From: Muribaculaceae bacterium
Lineage (GTDB): Bacteria; Bacteroidota; Bacteroidia; Bacteroidales; Muribaculaceae
DNA length: 64,000 bases
Assembly (NCBI GenBank): GCA_017451225.1
Contig: JAFSPZ010000025.1
Coordinates: 10,772-74,771 of the forward strand
Direction: 5' to 3'
The position numbers and the translations under genes are program-made. Every line of letters begins with the position of its first letter. The first letter of the stretch is position 1. This document shows positions 1 through 10,389 of this stretch, piece after piece. Below the pieces are notes generated by a model that saw nothing but the letters and a program-made list of their open reading frames with translations, had not been told where the DNA came from and did not search any database.

Positions 1-440
1 AAGGCATACCCAATGGCACCCAGCACCGCCAGATACCACTTCATGTCAAACGACAGCATCAAGATGAAGAAGCCCAACATCAACAGGAACACCCAGCTCA
101 CTGGCTCGGGGAAGCCAAGTGTGAGCACCTTTCCAATGGTGTTTATCATTGAGTTGCTCTTGTAGCTTGGGGCTATCTGGAAGGTGGGCATGCCACCAAA
201 GAGGCTGTTGGTCCAGCGTGTCACCTCGCCATTGTGAGTGTTGTTATAAACTTTTGCCTCCTGGCCGTTGGCTGCACCTTGCAGCACATCGTTTTGCTGC
301 AGAACGTCGCCATTCAAATCATTGGGATAGAAATATATCCAAGATATGGCGGCAAATGCCAGTATCGAGAGCACAAATGTTGCCACACTTCGCACAGTGA
401 GAGTGCCTATCAATCGCTTGTCAAAAATGTTCTTTTCCAT
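1..440 (-). CDS. YfhO-family membrane protein (5' part; runs off the window)
   Basis: Manual translation from ATG at 440 gives MEKNIFDKRL...LQQNDVLQG...TRWTNSLFGGMPTFQI...FLLMLGFFILMLSF, which matches the Bacteroidetes YfhO-like N-terminus. Absent from the ORF track because it is truncated. Confidence 0.75.
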   Translation of the reverse strand, partial: MEKNIFDKRLIGTLTVRSVATFVLSILAFAAISWIYFYPNDLNGDVLQQNDVLQGAANGQEAKVYNNTHNGEVTRWTNSLFGGMPTFQIAPSYKSNSMINTIGKVLTLGFPEPVSWVFLLMLGFFILMLSFDMKWYLAVLGAIGYA

Positions 441-663
441 TATATATCAAGTCTTTTTGTTTGCAATTTTTCTTTGAGCCTGTAAAAGTACAAAAAAATA
501 AGCAATCAGCAGCATAATTGGGGGAGAGTTTTTAATTAAGGTGTGCTTCAATATCATGATTTGCAAGAGTGATGCGTTTTATTCTTGGCTTCAGTTATTG
601 CGCTTTTAATGTATTATTGCTACTTTTGCATATAGTTTTTTAACTGTTAAAACTCAATAGACT

Positions 664-1533
664 ATGAAACGTGTTTTATTGCTGACAGGTATTGTGTTAA
701 TGGTGGCTAGTGCCGCTTGGGGAGGAATAGCCAAGATTCAGGCTCCAGAGCTCAAGACCGAGAAAGTGTTTGCTGATGCATTCTCTGCATCAGGTAAAGA
801 CGAAAACGAAGGCATCATTGGCACTTACACCGGCTACTCGATTGAGTGGCCTGTGAGCATGGGAGGAATGGACTTGACAGCATTGCAAAACGCGGTTGGA
901 CTCCTCGCCTTACCTAGGGACTTCAGCCTTGGTGATGACATCCATCAAGTGATTAACAAACTGTTGAGCCGCGAATCGTCTCTCCCTGTACCTCAAGAAC
1001 TCAATACTGCTTTTTTCAATGCCACCGATTTTAGCTGGCTGGATGAAGACAATCCATACTTCTTCCGCGAGCTAACACTTGTCAGAATGCTAGACAAGGT
1101 AGATGGCGCCTACGCAACCTTCTGCAACAGTCACACTTCCTATTACGGGGCAACTGGCTGGATTTTCAACTACGACTTGATTTTTGATTTAGTCAACAAT
1201 GAACCCTTGGAGGTGTATGACATCTTTAAAAAAGGAACCGAGAAAGCTATTGTAAAAAAGATTGTCAAACAGCTTATTAAAGATCACAAAGTAAAGAATT
1301 ACAAGGAATTGTGGACTTCTCTAAGCTTAATGCCCGAGAAAGATTGTGATGCGGGAAGCGAACTTCCACCTCTGCCCAAGAACATCAATTACTGCAAGGG
1401 TAAATTCATTTTTACCTACAATCCCTATGAAATAGCACCTGGCAGCGTGGGGAAGCTTATCGCTGTAATTCCTGCCAAGAAGTTGAAGAAACACATGACC
1501 CGCAAGGCAAAAAAGCTGTTTCGCATCAAGTAA
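664..1533 (+). CDS. Exported DUF3298/RsiV-like protein
   Basis: Signal peptide; C-terminal FTYNPYEIAPGSVG motif typical of DUF3298. Confidence 0.65.
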   Translation: MKRVLLLTGIVLMVASAAWGGIAKIQAPELKTEKVFADAFSASGKDENEGIIGTYTGYSIEWPVSMGGMDLTALQNAVGLLALPRDFSLGDDIHQVINKLLSRESSLPVPQELNTAFFNATDFSWLDEDNPYFFRELTLVRMLDKVDGAYATFCNSHTSYYGATGWIFNYDLIFDLVNNEPLEVYDIFKKGTEKAIVKKIVKQLIKDHKVKNYKELWTSLSLMPEKDCDAGSELPPLPKNINYCKGKFIFTYNPYEIAPGSVGKLIAVIPAKKLKKHMTRKAKKLFRIK

Positions 1534-1562
1534 AAGCCACAAATAACATATAACACAAAAAT

Positions 1563-1591
1563 AACCCGAATTGATCTTCTCAATTCGGGTT
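1563..1591. terminator. Bidirectional intrinsic terminator
   Basis: Perfect inverted repeat AACCCGAATTGA/TCAATTCGGGTT between convergent genes. Confidence 0.8.
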
Positions 1592-1601
1592 TATTCTGTT
1601 G

Positions 1602-2279
1602 TCAGAACTGCATTTTGTTGACTTCGCGCCGCATTTCGGCAGCAGCTTCCATACCAATGTCGTCATTCTTGGTTTTCGCCAGATTCATCAGCTGAGTGAG
1701 CTCGGTGAGCATAGCCTCCTTGAGCTTGGCTCCCTGCTCTTGAAGAGCCGCTGTTGGCATTTTTGCAAATTCCTTATACACAGCCATAAGCCTATTGTAG
1801 CTTGCCCTGCAAGCTTTAATCTTGTTGTTGACTGCAACGTTTTCCGAGACAAATTGCTCCATGTCGGCAACAGCCATAGGAGTCACTTGCTGCATGTCCT
1901 CCTGAGTTCGTCCAGGCACAACTTTAGTAGAAGGAGATGGCGGCAGCGGACCTTCGCCAAACCCCTCGATGTGAGCCGGTGGCGGTCCTTCGATGGGTTT
2001 CACCTCGGCAGCGCCCATAATAGAGTCGGCCATCATCAAGCTGTCGAGTAAGGAGTCGCGCGGCACATCAAGAGTTTCCACCTCAAGTTCCTCGACAGGT
2101 GTTCCATACTCATACTCGTCAACCATAGTGGTATCGGGCTTGGGCAGATCTTTCTCGCTTCTTCCCAGCAAAGCATTACCCCACTTGTGCACTGGCGGGC
2201 AAAAGATATACAGCAAGATGATGGAAGCAACAGTTGCTCCCACTATCCACCACAATATCTTCTTGTTACGCGCTGTCAT
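1602..2279 (-). CDS. Hypothetical single-pass membrane protein
   Basis: 225-aa ORF with an N-terminal TM helix, Pro-rich linker and helical C-terminus; TAACTTTG promoter box near 2330. Confidence 0.7.
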   Translation of the reverse strand: MTARNKKILWWIVGATVASIILLYIFCPPVHKWGNALLGRSEKDLPKPDTTMVDEYEYGTPVEELEVETLDVPRDSLLDSLMMADSIMGAAEVKPIEGPPPAHIEGFGEGPLPPSPSTKVVPGRTQEDMQQVTPMAVADMEQFVSENVAVNNKIKACRASYNRLMAVYKEFAKMPTAALQEQGAKLKEAMLTELTQLMNLAKTKNDDIGMEAAAEMRREVNKMQF

Positions 2280-2546
2280 ATGCTCGTTTTACGGTTACTC
2301 TAGTGTATTTTTTGGAAAAAAACAGTGCAAAGTTAGTTTTTAAATTTAGATATTTACAACTAATTGGTGAATTGTTAAGTTTTTTTTATTCTTGATACAA
2401 ATTCTGCAAAAAAACAACATCGTTCAGTCAAGCGCTACACGCCTGGCCAAAGCCATTGACAATTAAGAATAATCAAAGTTTTTAAGGGGTGATGAAGTAT
2501 TTTTTCGAGAAAAACATGTAAATTTGCACTCTATAACTCATCGCTA

Positions 2547-3530
2547 ATGGCAAAGACAGGTGAAATATTGCGACCACAACTCTTCAAGTTCGGGCTCAAC
2601 TTGAAGACCGTGTTGTGGGGTGGCGACAAGATTGCCGCATTCAAGAGCATTGACCTTGACAGCCACAACGTGGGCGAGAGTTGGGAGATATCGGGCCTCA
2701 AAGGCCATGAGAGCGTGGTTGTTGAGGGCGAGCATGAAGGAATCAATTTGCGCCAGCTCATCAAGCTTTACAAAGGTCAGCTGGTGGGAAATCACATTTA
2801 CCGCAAGCATGGCAACGAGTTTCCGCTGCTGGTGAAGTTTATCGATGCCCACAAGGACCTGTCGGTACAAGTGCATCCCGATGATGACCTTGCCCGTCGC
2901 CGCCACCACTGCAGCGGCAAGGCCGAGATGTGGTATATCATAAATGCCGAGCCCAATGCATCGCTGCTTGCAGGAATGAGCCGCACCATCACGCCCAAAG
3001 AATATCTTCAACACATGGAAGATGGCACCCTGCTCGATGTGCTTGCACGCCACACTACCCACAGGGGCGACATCTTCTTCCTTCCTGCCGGCCGCATCCA
3101 TTCCATTGGCGCCGGCAACCTGCTACTCGAGATTCAGCAATCGAGCGACATCACCTACCGCGTTTACGATTACGACCGCATCGACACCAATGGCAAGCCA
3201 CGCGAGCTCCACACTCACCTGGCAATCGACGCCATCGACTACACTGTGAGCAGCGACTGCCTGCGCCACTATCCCGACCGCACAGGCAACATCAGGCTCA
3301 TCAAGAGTATTTTCTTTGATGTGGACCGCATCATCATTGATGGAGCTTACCATTTGCCCATGCCACACGATGCCTTCCTGTGTCTGATGTGTGTCGACGG
3401 CCACTGCACTATCAACTGCGGCAACGGCATGCTCTATGACATAAATCGTGGCGAGTCGCTGCTTGCTCCAGCATGCGTCCACAGTCTGGATTTCAAGGGC
3501 AAAGCCACCATCATCACGGCAACAACTTAG
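2547..3530 (+). CDS. manA: Mannose-6-phosphate isomerase, type I
   Basis: Motifs WGG, GESWEIS, FPLLVKFIDA..DLSVQVHP, GKAEMW, EIQQSSDITYRVYDY. Confidence 0.92.
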   Translation: MAKTGEILRPQLFKFGLNLKTVLWGGDKIAAFKSIDLDSHNVGESWEISGLKGHESVVVEGEHEGINLRQLIKLYKGQLVGNHIYRKHGNEFPLLVKFIDAHKDLSVQVHPDDDLARRRHHCSGKAEMWYIINAEPNASLLAGMSRTITPKEYLQHMEDGTLLDVLARHTTHRGDIFFLPAGRIHSIGAGNLLLEIQQSSDITYRVYDYDRIDTNGKPRELHTHLAIDAIDYTVSSDCLRHYPDRTGNIRLIKSIFFDVDRIIIDGAYHLPMPHDAFLCLMCVDGHCTINCGNGMLYDINRGESLLAPACVHSLDFKGKATIITATT

Positions 3531-3532
3531 GT

Positions 3533-3597
3533 TTAATGCATAATGCGCAATTCATAATGCACAATTGACACTTAAAACTTAACACTTAACACTTACT
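3533..3597 (+). repeat. Short degenerate heptamer tandem array (AATGCAT-type, then ACTTAAC-type)
   Basis: aatgcat aatgcgc aattcat aatgcac aattgac, then acttaaa acttaac acttaac, directly after the manA stop. Confidence 0.65.
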
Positions 3598-3610
3598 ATT
3601 TGTCTACCCA

Positions 3611-4900
3611 ATGTCGTTAAAACGTTTTTATCTATTATTAATATTGGCGCTGCTGCTTGTTGCAGGAGTGCAAGCACACAGCAGCGTGCGCGAAGTCTTT
3701 GCCAATGACATTCGCATCAGTGCCAACAACTATCATGCCTACCCCGATAAGGACTTGCCAAAACTCACACCAGCACCCGCTGGTTATAAGCCTTTTTTCA
3801 TGAACCACTACGGGCGACATGGCAGCCGATGGCTCATTGACCCCAACGATTACAAAATTCCAGTGGAACAGCTCGAAAAAGGCGAGCGTAACGGCAAGCT
3901 CACCAAGCGTGGCAAGGAGGTGCTAGCTGCGTGTCGCATGATGCTTGAAGCGTCAAGCATGCGATTGGGCGAGCTCAGCGACATCGGAGCCGAGCAGCAT
4001 CAAGGCATAGCTCGCCGCATGTTCTTGAATTTTCCCGAGATTTGGGCTGGCAACGCCCATGTTGATGCCCGCTCCACAGTGGTAATCAGGTGCATCTTGT
4101 CTATGCTTAACGAGACCGACATGCTCAAGTCTTTGAACCCTGAGTTGCACATCACTACCGATGCCAGCGAGCACGACATGTACTATATGAACTACACCGA
4201 CACTGTGGCAAGAGCGGCACAGAAGGCAGCGCGCCCGCTGGCGGGCGAGCTCAGAGATAAAATCTTTACTGCCAAGAAACTCGAGAAAATGACATCTCGT
4301 CTTTTCACCGACAAGAAGTTCGTGCGCGACAGCATCGACAGTTTCCGTTTCGAGTATCTGCTCTTTGACGTGGTGAGCAACATGCAGAGCCATCACGATT
4401 TTGAAAATATAGATCTTTACAGCGGAGTTTTCACCGTTGACGACGCCACCGACTTCTGGACCTACAACAACGCAAGATGGTACATCTACTCGGGCAACAC
4501 GCAGCTCACCAACCACACCGGGCCTCTAGCCCATCGCCACCTTCTGCGCAACTTTGTCGACGCTGCCGACCGCGCTATTGCCAGCGGAACCAACAGCGCT
4601 ACGCTGCGATTTGGGCATGAGAGTGTGGTACTGCCCACCGTGTGCCTGATGGGGCTAAACGGCATGGATTATGAAACCAACGATCTTGCCACTCTTGCCG
4701 AGCACTGGCGCTCTTACGAAGTATTTCCTATGGCAGCCAACATCCAAATGGTGTATTATCGCAAGGCTGGTAGCAACGATATACTAGTGAAAATCCTGCT
4801 CAACGAGCACGAAGCCTCACTACCCGTCGCCACCGACTACGCCCCCTACTATCACTGGAGTGACGTGCGCACCCATTTCTTGAACCGCATAGCTGAGTAA
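3611..4900 (+). CDS. Exported histidine acid phosphatase
   Basis: Signal peptide; HYGRHGSR catalytic motif and LRFGHE motif. Confidence 0.85.
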   Translation: MSLKRFYLLLILALLLVAGVQAHSSVREVFANDIRISANNYHAYPDKDLPKLTPAPAGYKPFFMNHYGRHGSRWLIDPNDYKIPVEQLEKGERNGKLTKRGKEVLAACRMMLEASSMRLGELSDIGAEQHQGIARRMFLNFPEIWAGNAHVDARSTVVIRCILSMLNETDMLKSLNPELHITTDASEHDMYYMNYTDTVARAAQKAARPLAGELRDKIFTAKKLEKMTSRLFTDKKFVRDSIDSFRFEYLLFDVVSNMQSHHDFENIDLYSGVFTVDDATDFWTYNNARWYIYSGNTQLTNHTGPLAHRHLLRNFVDAADRAIASGTNSATLRFGHESVVLPTVCLMGLNGMDYETNDLATLAEHWRSYEVFPMAANIQMVYYRKAGSNDILVKILLNEHEASLPVATDYAPYYHWSDVRTHFLNRIAE

Positions 4901-4924
4901 CTATAATAAGACCTAAAAGACACA

Positions 4925-4960
4925 AGAAAGAGCAACATTGAATCCAATGTTGCTCTTTCT
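4925..4960. terminator. Bidirectional intrinsic terminator
   Basis: 16-bp inverted repeat AGAAAGAGCAACATTG/CAATGTTGCTCTTTCT between convergent genes. Confidence 0.85.
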
Positions 4961-4977
4961 GTGTGATTTAATAGTCT

Positions 4978-5880
4978 CTACTTTTTATGAACGCCCACTG
5001 TTGTGAGTTCAAAAATTAGCGTCTCGTTGAAACCAATACCACCTTGAGGGTTGCCCTGACTACCATAAGCGAGGTGTCCAGGTATGATTACCAGCACTTT
5101 CTCGCCAGGTTTCATCAGAGTGACCATCTCGCGAAATCCTGGAACTGTTTTATCTATCTTAAATGGCACAGACCTTCCTTTTGAGCTATCGAACTCTTTG
5201 CCATTAATGTGCTTTCCCACATAAATTATATCAACTGTAGCCGAACTTGAAAAATTCTTACCCTCGCCTGGCTCGAGCACCTTATAGGCAATTCCCGACT
5301 TTGTCACAATAAAGTCTTTGTCTTTTTTTGTTTGCTCTTCAATATATTTCTTCCCTTCTTTTTCATTCTTTTCACCATAGACCTTGCTTGCCCGCTCCAT
5401 AGTTTCAGTCAGTTTCTTCTGCTTTGCCTGCAATTCACTCACATCGACTGCACCTTTTCTATAGACATTCTTCTCGATTTCTTTCAATAACTGTTTGCGG
5501 TCAATTGACATACCTTGATTATCAAATTGGGTGATACCAGAACTAATCTGCAGTGCAAATGTCAAGCCCATAATATAATCCTTGTCACGGTTGTTTGGAA
5601 TTGTATCCAGTCCCATCTCAACACCTTTCATAAAGACCTTCATATCAATATCATCAAGTGAAGTCGAATCTATCAACATCTGCCTTAATTGTAAACCTAT
5701 AAGCTCACCAAGTTCATTTAATAACGAATCATCGATGGCTTTAGTCACACTATTACTGTCTTTGCTGGTTGTAGTACTTGAAGATTCTTCGGCCTTGCTT
5801 GTGGTCTTTTTTCCTGAATCACAACTTGTGGAAGCGCCTACAATAAGAGCCACCAAAATAAAAAACAACAACTTTTTCAT
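4978..5880 (-). CDS. FKBP-type peptidyl-prolyl cis-trans isomerase (lipoprotein)
   Basis: Lipobox-like STSC; FKBP motifs TKSGIAYKVL, YVGKHINGKEFDSS, IIPGHLAYG, TLIFEL. Confidence 0.9.
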   Translation of the reverse strand: MKKLLFFILVALIVGASTSCDSGKKTTSKAEESSSTTTSKDSNSVTKAIDDSLLNELGELIGLQLRQMLIDSTSLDDIDMKVFMKGVEMGLDTIPNNRDKDYIMGLTFALQISSGITQFDNQGMSIDRKQLLKEIEKNVYRKGAVDVSELQAKQKKLTETMERASKVYGEKNEKEGKKYIEEQTKKDKDFIVTKSGIAYKVLEPGEGKNFSSSATVDIIYVGKHINGKEFDSSKGRSVPFKIDKTVPGFREMVTLMKPGEKVLVIIPGHLAYGSQGNPQGGIGFNETLIFELTTVGVHKK

Positions 5881-5955
5881 AATTTAATGGAGTTTATGGA
5901 TTAGTAATATTATTTTTTCCACAAAGTGAAGTAATGCTAAGTCACAGGTTTTATT

Positions 5956-7455
5956 CTACTTGACAATGATTTTTTTGCCGCCGTGGATGTAGATGCCGGG
6001 AATTTCAGGCTTCGACGGGAACACCACACCATTTATTGAGTACCAAGCGGCTGGATTGACAGTAGACTGTACTATAACGGTGTCGACTCCCGCATCTTCA
6101 AGTTTTTGTTGATATTCGTTTTTAGCATTTTCGAGCAGGGTCTTGAAAAGAGCCTCATTGTGCAGCCTGTTCACATTGCAGGCTGCCATAACCCTCGCCG
6201 CTCGCACGTCGCTGGCATAGCACAGACCCAAATAGAGACGGCTGTCGCCATAGTCATATCCACGTTTCAACACTGCGTCCTGGCACTCGGGCATCACTTC
6301 GGCCAGAGCCAATGCCAATCCCCACCCCACAAATGCATGCCGTGAAGGATGGGACGACTCGGTGTACAGCTGCCATGCCTCACCTCCGAAAGGAACATTC
6401 TCTTTGAACTGAATGTAAGGCCGCTTGCGGAACACCTCAGCTTTCATAGCACTGGCTTGATTGCTGAGCACGAACTTCAGCATCTTTATAAAAGCAGTGA
6501 TGTGTGGCGTCTCCTGGTCGGAAATTATGACGACAGGCGAACAAGCCGCAAACATATCAATCAGGTAATCGTCATCCAAAGAAGAGTCGGCATGAGCCAA
6601 ATCGCCACGCTCAGAGTCTTGCAACGACAAGTAATACCAGTGCTTTTCCACGTCATCGACAAAGAAATAGTCGTCAATGCCGGGAGGTGGGCCCACCACT
6701 TTTTCTACACTTGGATACAGAGCATTGAGGTCGCTCTCCGTGAGTCCTGAAAGCTGCAGATACTCGTCACGAGCCTGCTGCATGAGCAAAGCATGCTGGC
6801 TGGTAGCGTGATTTCGCGCCAGGGCAGCAGCGCCACAGGTGAGCCCTGCATCCACATCGCTCTGCCAGTGGGAGCCTGTTATCACTCCGCTTGATGCACA
6901 CACCATAGCCCTGCTCAAGATGGTGTCCTGCAATTGAGGTGCCATCTGTGCCAACACCAGGGCGGCACTCCACACCATGGCTGCATGCGCCGAAGGGAAC
7001 GACGTGGAGTCGCCGAGGCTAGCATTCATGTCATTCTCGCCCCATGGCTGCTCGTTCATCATCACAAAAGGCCGCTTGCGCATGTAGCTAGGGTTCTCTA
7101 TGCGACAACTAGCAATGCCTGCCTGTGCCGACGTGTTCATCAACGCATAGATGGCAGGAGTGGCACTTGGATTGATGTCAACATCGAGAATGCCGCTATA
7201 GATTTGGCACAAACGGTCAATATCGCATTGCGAGTCAAGCGACGCCATCTCCCCAAGGTTGCTGCCTCGCTGCTGTTTTCCCCATGCCCACCTGTAGAAA
7301 TCCAAGGCAAATCCAACGCTTGCCGAGTCGGGCGGCAGCGGCAGGTAAGCATCGGCTTTAGGCATCACCACCTCGCCAGTGCCACTTGCATGAGCAACAG
7401 TTGTTGCAGCAAGCGCCATCAGCAATAGGCAGATATATATTCTTAGTCGAGACAT
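5956..7455 (-). CDS. Double-domain PAP2/class A acid phosphatase-like protein with T9SS-like C-terminus
   Basis: Two copies of RxRP / PSxH / SR...H motifs, partly degenerate; C-terminus WYSINGV...PGIYIHGGKKIIVK. Confidence 0.8.
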   Translation of the reverse strand: MSRLRIYICLLLMALAATTVAHASGTGEVVMPKADAYLPLPPDSASVGFALDFYRWAWGKQQRGSNLGEMASLDSQCDIDRLCQIYSGILDVDINPSATPAIYALMNTSAQAGIASCRIENPSYMRKRPFVMMNEQPWGENDMNASLGDSTSFPSAHAAMVWSAALVLAQMAPQLQDTILSRAMVCASSGVITGSHWQSDVDAGLTCGAAALARNHATSQHALLMQQARDEYLQLSGLTESDLNALYPSVEKVVGPPPGIDDYFFVDDVEKHWYYLSLQDSERGDLAHADSSLDDDYLIDMFAACSPVVIISDQETPHITAFIKMLKFVLSNQASAMKAEVFRKRPYIQFKENVPFGGEAWQLYTESSHPSRHAFVGWGLALALAEVMPECQDAVLKRGYDYGDSRLYLGLCYASDVRAARVMAACNVNRLHNEALFKTLLENAKNEYQQKLEDAGVDTVIVQSTVNPAAWYSINGVVFPSKPEIPGIYIHGGKKIIVK

Positions 7456-7464
7456 GTTGCGGAT

Positions 7465-8841
7465 TTATTTTTTCAAGCCGGCATACTCCTGTTTTGCAGC
7501 TTGGAGCAAGTTATTGAAATTAGTGTCATTATGCATCTTGGCAAGCAGGCACGCAGCCATTATCCATCCTGCCTGCACATCGGACGGATAGTGATAGCCA
7601 GCTATCACTCGGCTCCAGCCAATGTCGTAGCCCCGCTTGAGAATTGCATCCTGGCAGTCGGGCATGACTTCTACAAGAAGCAGTGCAAGCCCCCATCCCA
7701 CAACAGCATGACGCGAAGGATAGGACGACTCGTTGCTGTATGAGTCCTCCTCATCGGGCAAGGAAGTTGCATAGCCCAATTTTTCATAAGGGTGTTCACG
7801 GTGCAAATAATTCTTCATCTGGGTAGCGTCGGCCTCAAGCATGTGCTTAACTGTGGTGATCAAGGTGGCTATGTGCGGTGACGTTGTTGCCGAAATATCT
7901 ATCGATGTGCAAGCCGAGAAACCATCCAAAATGGCATTGTCACTGAGGTTGGCATCGGCTTGCGCCTGAAGTCCGCGTTCGGTAGCTCTCAAGGCTTTAG
8001 CTTGCCAATACCGCGACACATCTCCATAATAGAAATAGGAATCTTCCAGCACAACCGTTTCAATAATTTTGACTGGAGACGGCTCTTCCATCGTGTTTAA
8101 ATCACTCAACGTGAGCCCTTTGAGCTGCATATACTCCTCACGTGCGGCAGCAAGGTCGTCCTGATACTCGGTGGTAATGCGGGAACGCGTTATCGCTGCA
8201 CTGGCGCATAGCATAGCAGCTTCGACGTCGGTCTGCCAATGTGCTCCCACTATCACACGGCTGATGCCATACTCATAGCCACGCCTGAGGATGGTGTCCT
8301 GCATGTGAGGTGCCATCTCGGCAAGAGCTAGGGCTGTGCCCCATCCACATGCAGTGTGCGACGAGGGATAGGAACTGTTGTGCTCCAACTCATCAAAAAT
8401 ATCAAATTCTCCTCCCAATGTATCTTTCATCACCAGAAAGGGTCTTCGCCTGAAATGAGCCTGCTTCATCTTGGAAACACCATAAGCACCCGTTCTTCCT
8501 GCTTTTTCCATAAACCGGTATAATGCAGGTGTTGATTCTTTAGTGATCTCAATTCCCAGCACATCGCTGTAAATTGTGCACATGCGCGTTATGCCATATT
8601 TCGACTCCCAGCTTGCCTGCTCTCCCCTGCTGGTGTTGCGCATTGACTTTCCCCAAATCCACCGGGCATAGTCTCCGTTACCGAAAATCATTGAGGAGTC
8701 GGGAGGAGGTGGAAGATAAGCGAGGGGATTGGGAATATCCCCAACTCCCACATAAACTCCAGTGACCTCGGCACAGGCACTGCTCACCGTGAAAATCACG
8801 GCAAGCATCATCAACACATATTTCCTCAAAGCCTGGGTCAT
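7465..8841 (-). CDS. Double-domain PAP2/class A acid phosphatase
   Basis: Domain 1: RRRPF, SYPSSH, SRVIVGAHWQTD. Domain 2: SYPSRH, SRVIAGYHYPSD. Signal peptide present. Confidence 0.85.
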   Translation of the reverse strand: MTQALRKYVLMMLAVIFTVSSACAEVTGVYVGVGDIPNPLAYLPPPPDSSMIFGNGDYARWIWGKSMRNTSRGEQASWESKYGITRMCTIYSDVLGIEITKESTPALYRFMEKAGRTGAYGVSKMKQAHFRRRPFLVMKDTLGGEFDIFDELEHNSSYPSSHTACGWGTALALAEMAPHMQDTILRRGYEYGISRVIVGAHWQTDVEAAMLCASAAITRSRITTEYQDDLAAAREEYMQLKGLTLSDLNTMEEPSPVKIIETVVLEDSYFYYGDVSRYWQAKALRATERGLQAQADANLSDNAILDGFSACTSIDISATTSPHIATLITTVKHMLEADATQMKNYLHREHPYEKLGYATSLPDEEDSYSNESSYPSRHAVVGWGLALLLVEVMPDCQDAILKRGYDIGWSRVIAGYHYPSDVQAGWIMAACLLAKMHNDTNFNNLLQAAKQEYAGLKK

Positions 8842-8872
8842 ATCACTCTAAAAAACGTATTGTCGAGTGTCT

Positions 8873-10360
8873 TTATTGCCGTTTGGGCACATCAAAGGTG
8901 ATGGCGTCCCCAACGCACGCATTAGGCATCTGTATGTGCAGCATAGCGCAGATTGTGGGCGCCAGGTCTACAATGCGAGTGGGCTGAGTTGTCGAGCCAT
9001 GTGGAACATGCCATCCCATAAATACCAGCGGAATGTGGCTGTCGTAGGGGTTCCATGCCCCATGAGTGGTACCCTTATAATCACTTTTAACCTTGAACGG
9101 CAAGTACCCTGGATGAGTCATGACAACGATGTCGCCGCTGCGGCCACGGTGGTAGCCGTTGGTGAGGCGCTCCTTGAGGATGTCGGGGATGGTGGCCTCT
9201 TGAATCTTCTCATAATCAACTGCAAGCACCAGTTCGTTCTCCTTGTTGAGTAAATCTACTGCAACTTTCTTTACTTGCTCAATATCGGCACCCACGCTGT
9301 CAATCTTCTCATGGTCAAGATAAATACGATAGTCATAGATTGCCTTTATAGCATTAGGCACGCCACACTCGCTGTATATTTCGTCGTTCAAGTTCTTGCG
9401 TGCAGTTCTTGCGTCCCAACCGCCAGCGGGCTGGTCATGCTCCTTCATGAAGTTGGGATTATGGGCGGCACCATGGTCGGCACTCAAGAACAGGAGGTAA
9501 TTACCACGACCCACCTGCTTGTCAAGTTCCTTGAAGAAATGTGCCAGTTCCTTGTCTAGCTGCATGAAAACCTCATAGTTCTCACGTCCGCGAGTGCTGT
9601 AGGTGTGCCCTATGGCATCGGTCGACGAAACGCTCACACACAGCATATCGGTATATTTTCCCCTGCCCAGTTTCTCATTCTCGAGTATCGCCTCAGCCAT
9701 GCGGAAGGTGTAGGTGACACCTTGATTGCTGGTGTTCAGGTCAAACTTGGGCTCGGTTCTATACTTGCGGTTGAAATTCTCCACCCAGTTGGGCAGACGG
9801 TCCATATAGTAGGTGCTGGTAACGAAGTGCCCCACCTCGCTGTCCCACCAGTAGGCGGCATCGGCACTGTGCCCTGCTGGAAGGATTGCGGCACGAGGCT
9901 TTATAGCCACGCCTATCACCTTGCAGTCGAAGTCCAGCGCCTGCTTGAGCTCATCGCCAATAGTGGTAGCGCGCAAGTTTCGCGGCGAGTTATTTCCTGC
10001 CTTGCTATCGGTTCCCACACCCTCCACGCTATTGTCGTCGGTGCTAGACACTGGCTTGCCGTCAATCATGAATCCGTTGCCAGCAATGCCATGGAAATAA
10101 GGAACCGAACCAGTGTAGAGGCTAGTGTGACCAATGGCCGTCACAGTGGGGACATAGTTTATCATAGTGTTTTCGCAAGAATATCCCTCGTTTAGAAGTC
10201 GCTTGATGCCGTCGTTTCCGTAGTCCTCGTAATAATAGTATAGGTAGTCCCAGCGCATCTGGTCCACTACCACGCCCACGACAAGCTTGGGGCGCTCTAT
10301 TTGTGCCAATGCGCCCAGAGCAACACCAAGCACAGCAATCAATATAGCAATTCGTTTCAT
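8873..10360 (-). CDS. pafA: PafA-type alkaline phosphatase family protein
   Basis: RPKLVVGVVVDQMRWDYL, PTVTAIGH (Thr nucleophile), LSADHG, GTTHG..YDSHIPL. Confidence 0.85.
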   Translation of the reverse strand: MKRIAILIAVLGVALGALAQIERPKLVVGVVVDQMRWDYLYYYYEDYGNDGIKRLLNEGYSCENTMINYVPTVTAIGHTSLYTGSVPYFHGIAGNGFMIDGKPVSSTDDNSVEGVGTDSKAGNNSPRNLRATTIGDELKQALDFDCKVIGVAIKPRAAILPAGHSADAAYWWDSEVGHFVTSTYYMDRLPNWVENFNRKYRTEPKFDLNTSNQGVTYTFRMAEAILENEKLGRGKYTDMLCVSVSSTDAIGHTYSTRGRENYEVFMQLDKELAHFFKELDKQVGRGNYLLFLSADHGAAHNPNFMKEHDQPAGGWDARTARKNLNDEIYSECGVPNAIKAIYDYRIYLDHEKIDSVGADIEQVKKVAVDLLNKENELVLAVDYEKIQEATIPDILKERLTNGYHRGRSGDIVVMTHPGYLPFKVKSDYKGTTHGAWNPYDSHIPLVFMGWHVPHGSTTQPTRIVDLAPTICAMLHIQMPNACVGDAITFDVPKRQ

Positions 10361-10389
10361 GTGTCAGTTAGTTTTATTATGGTTTTCAA

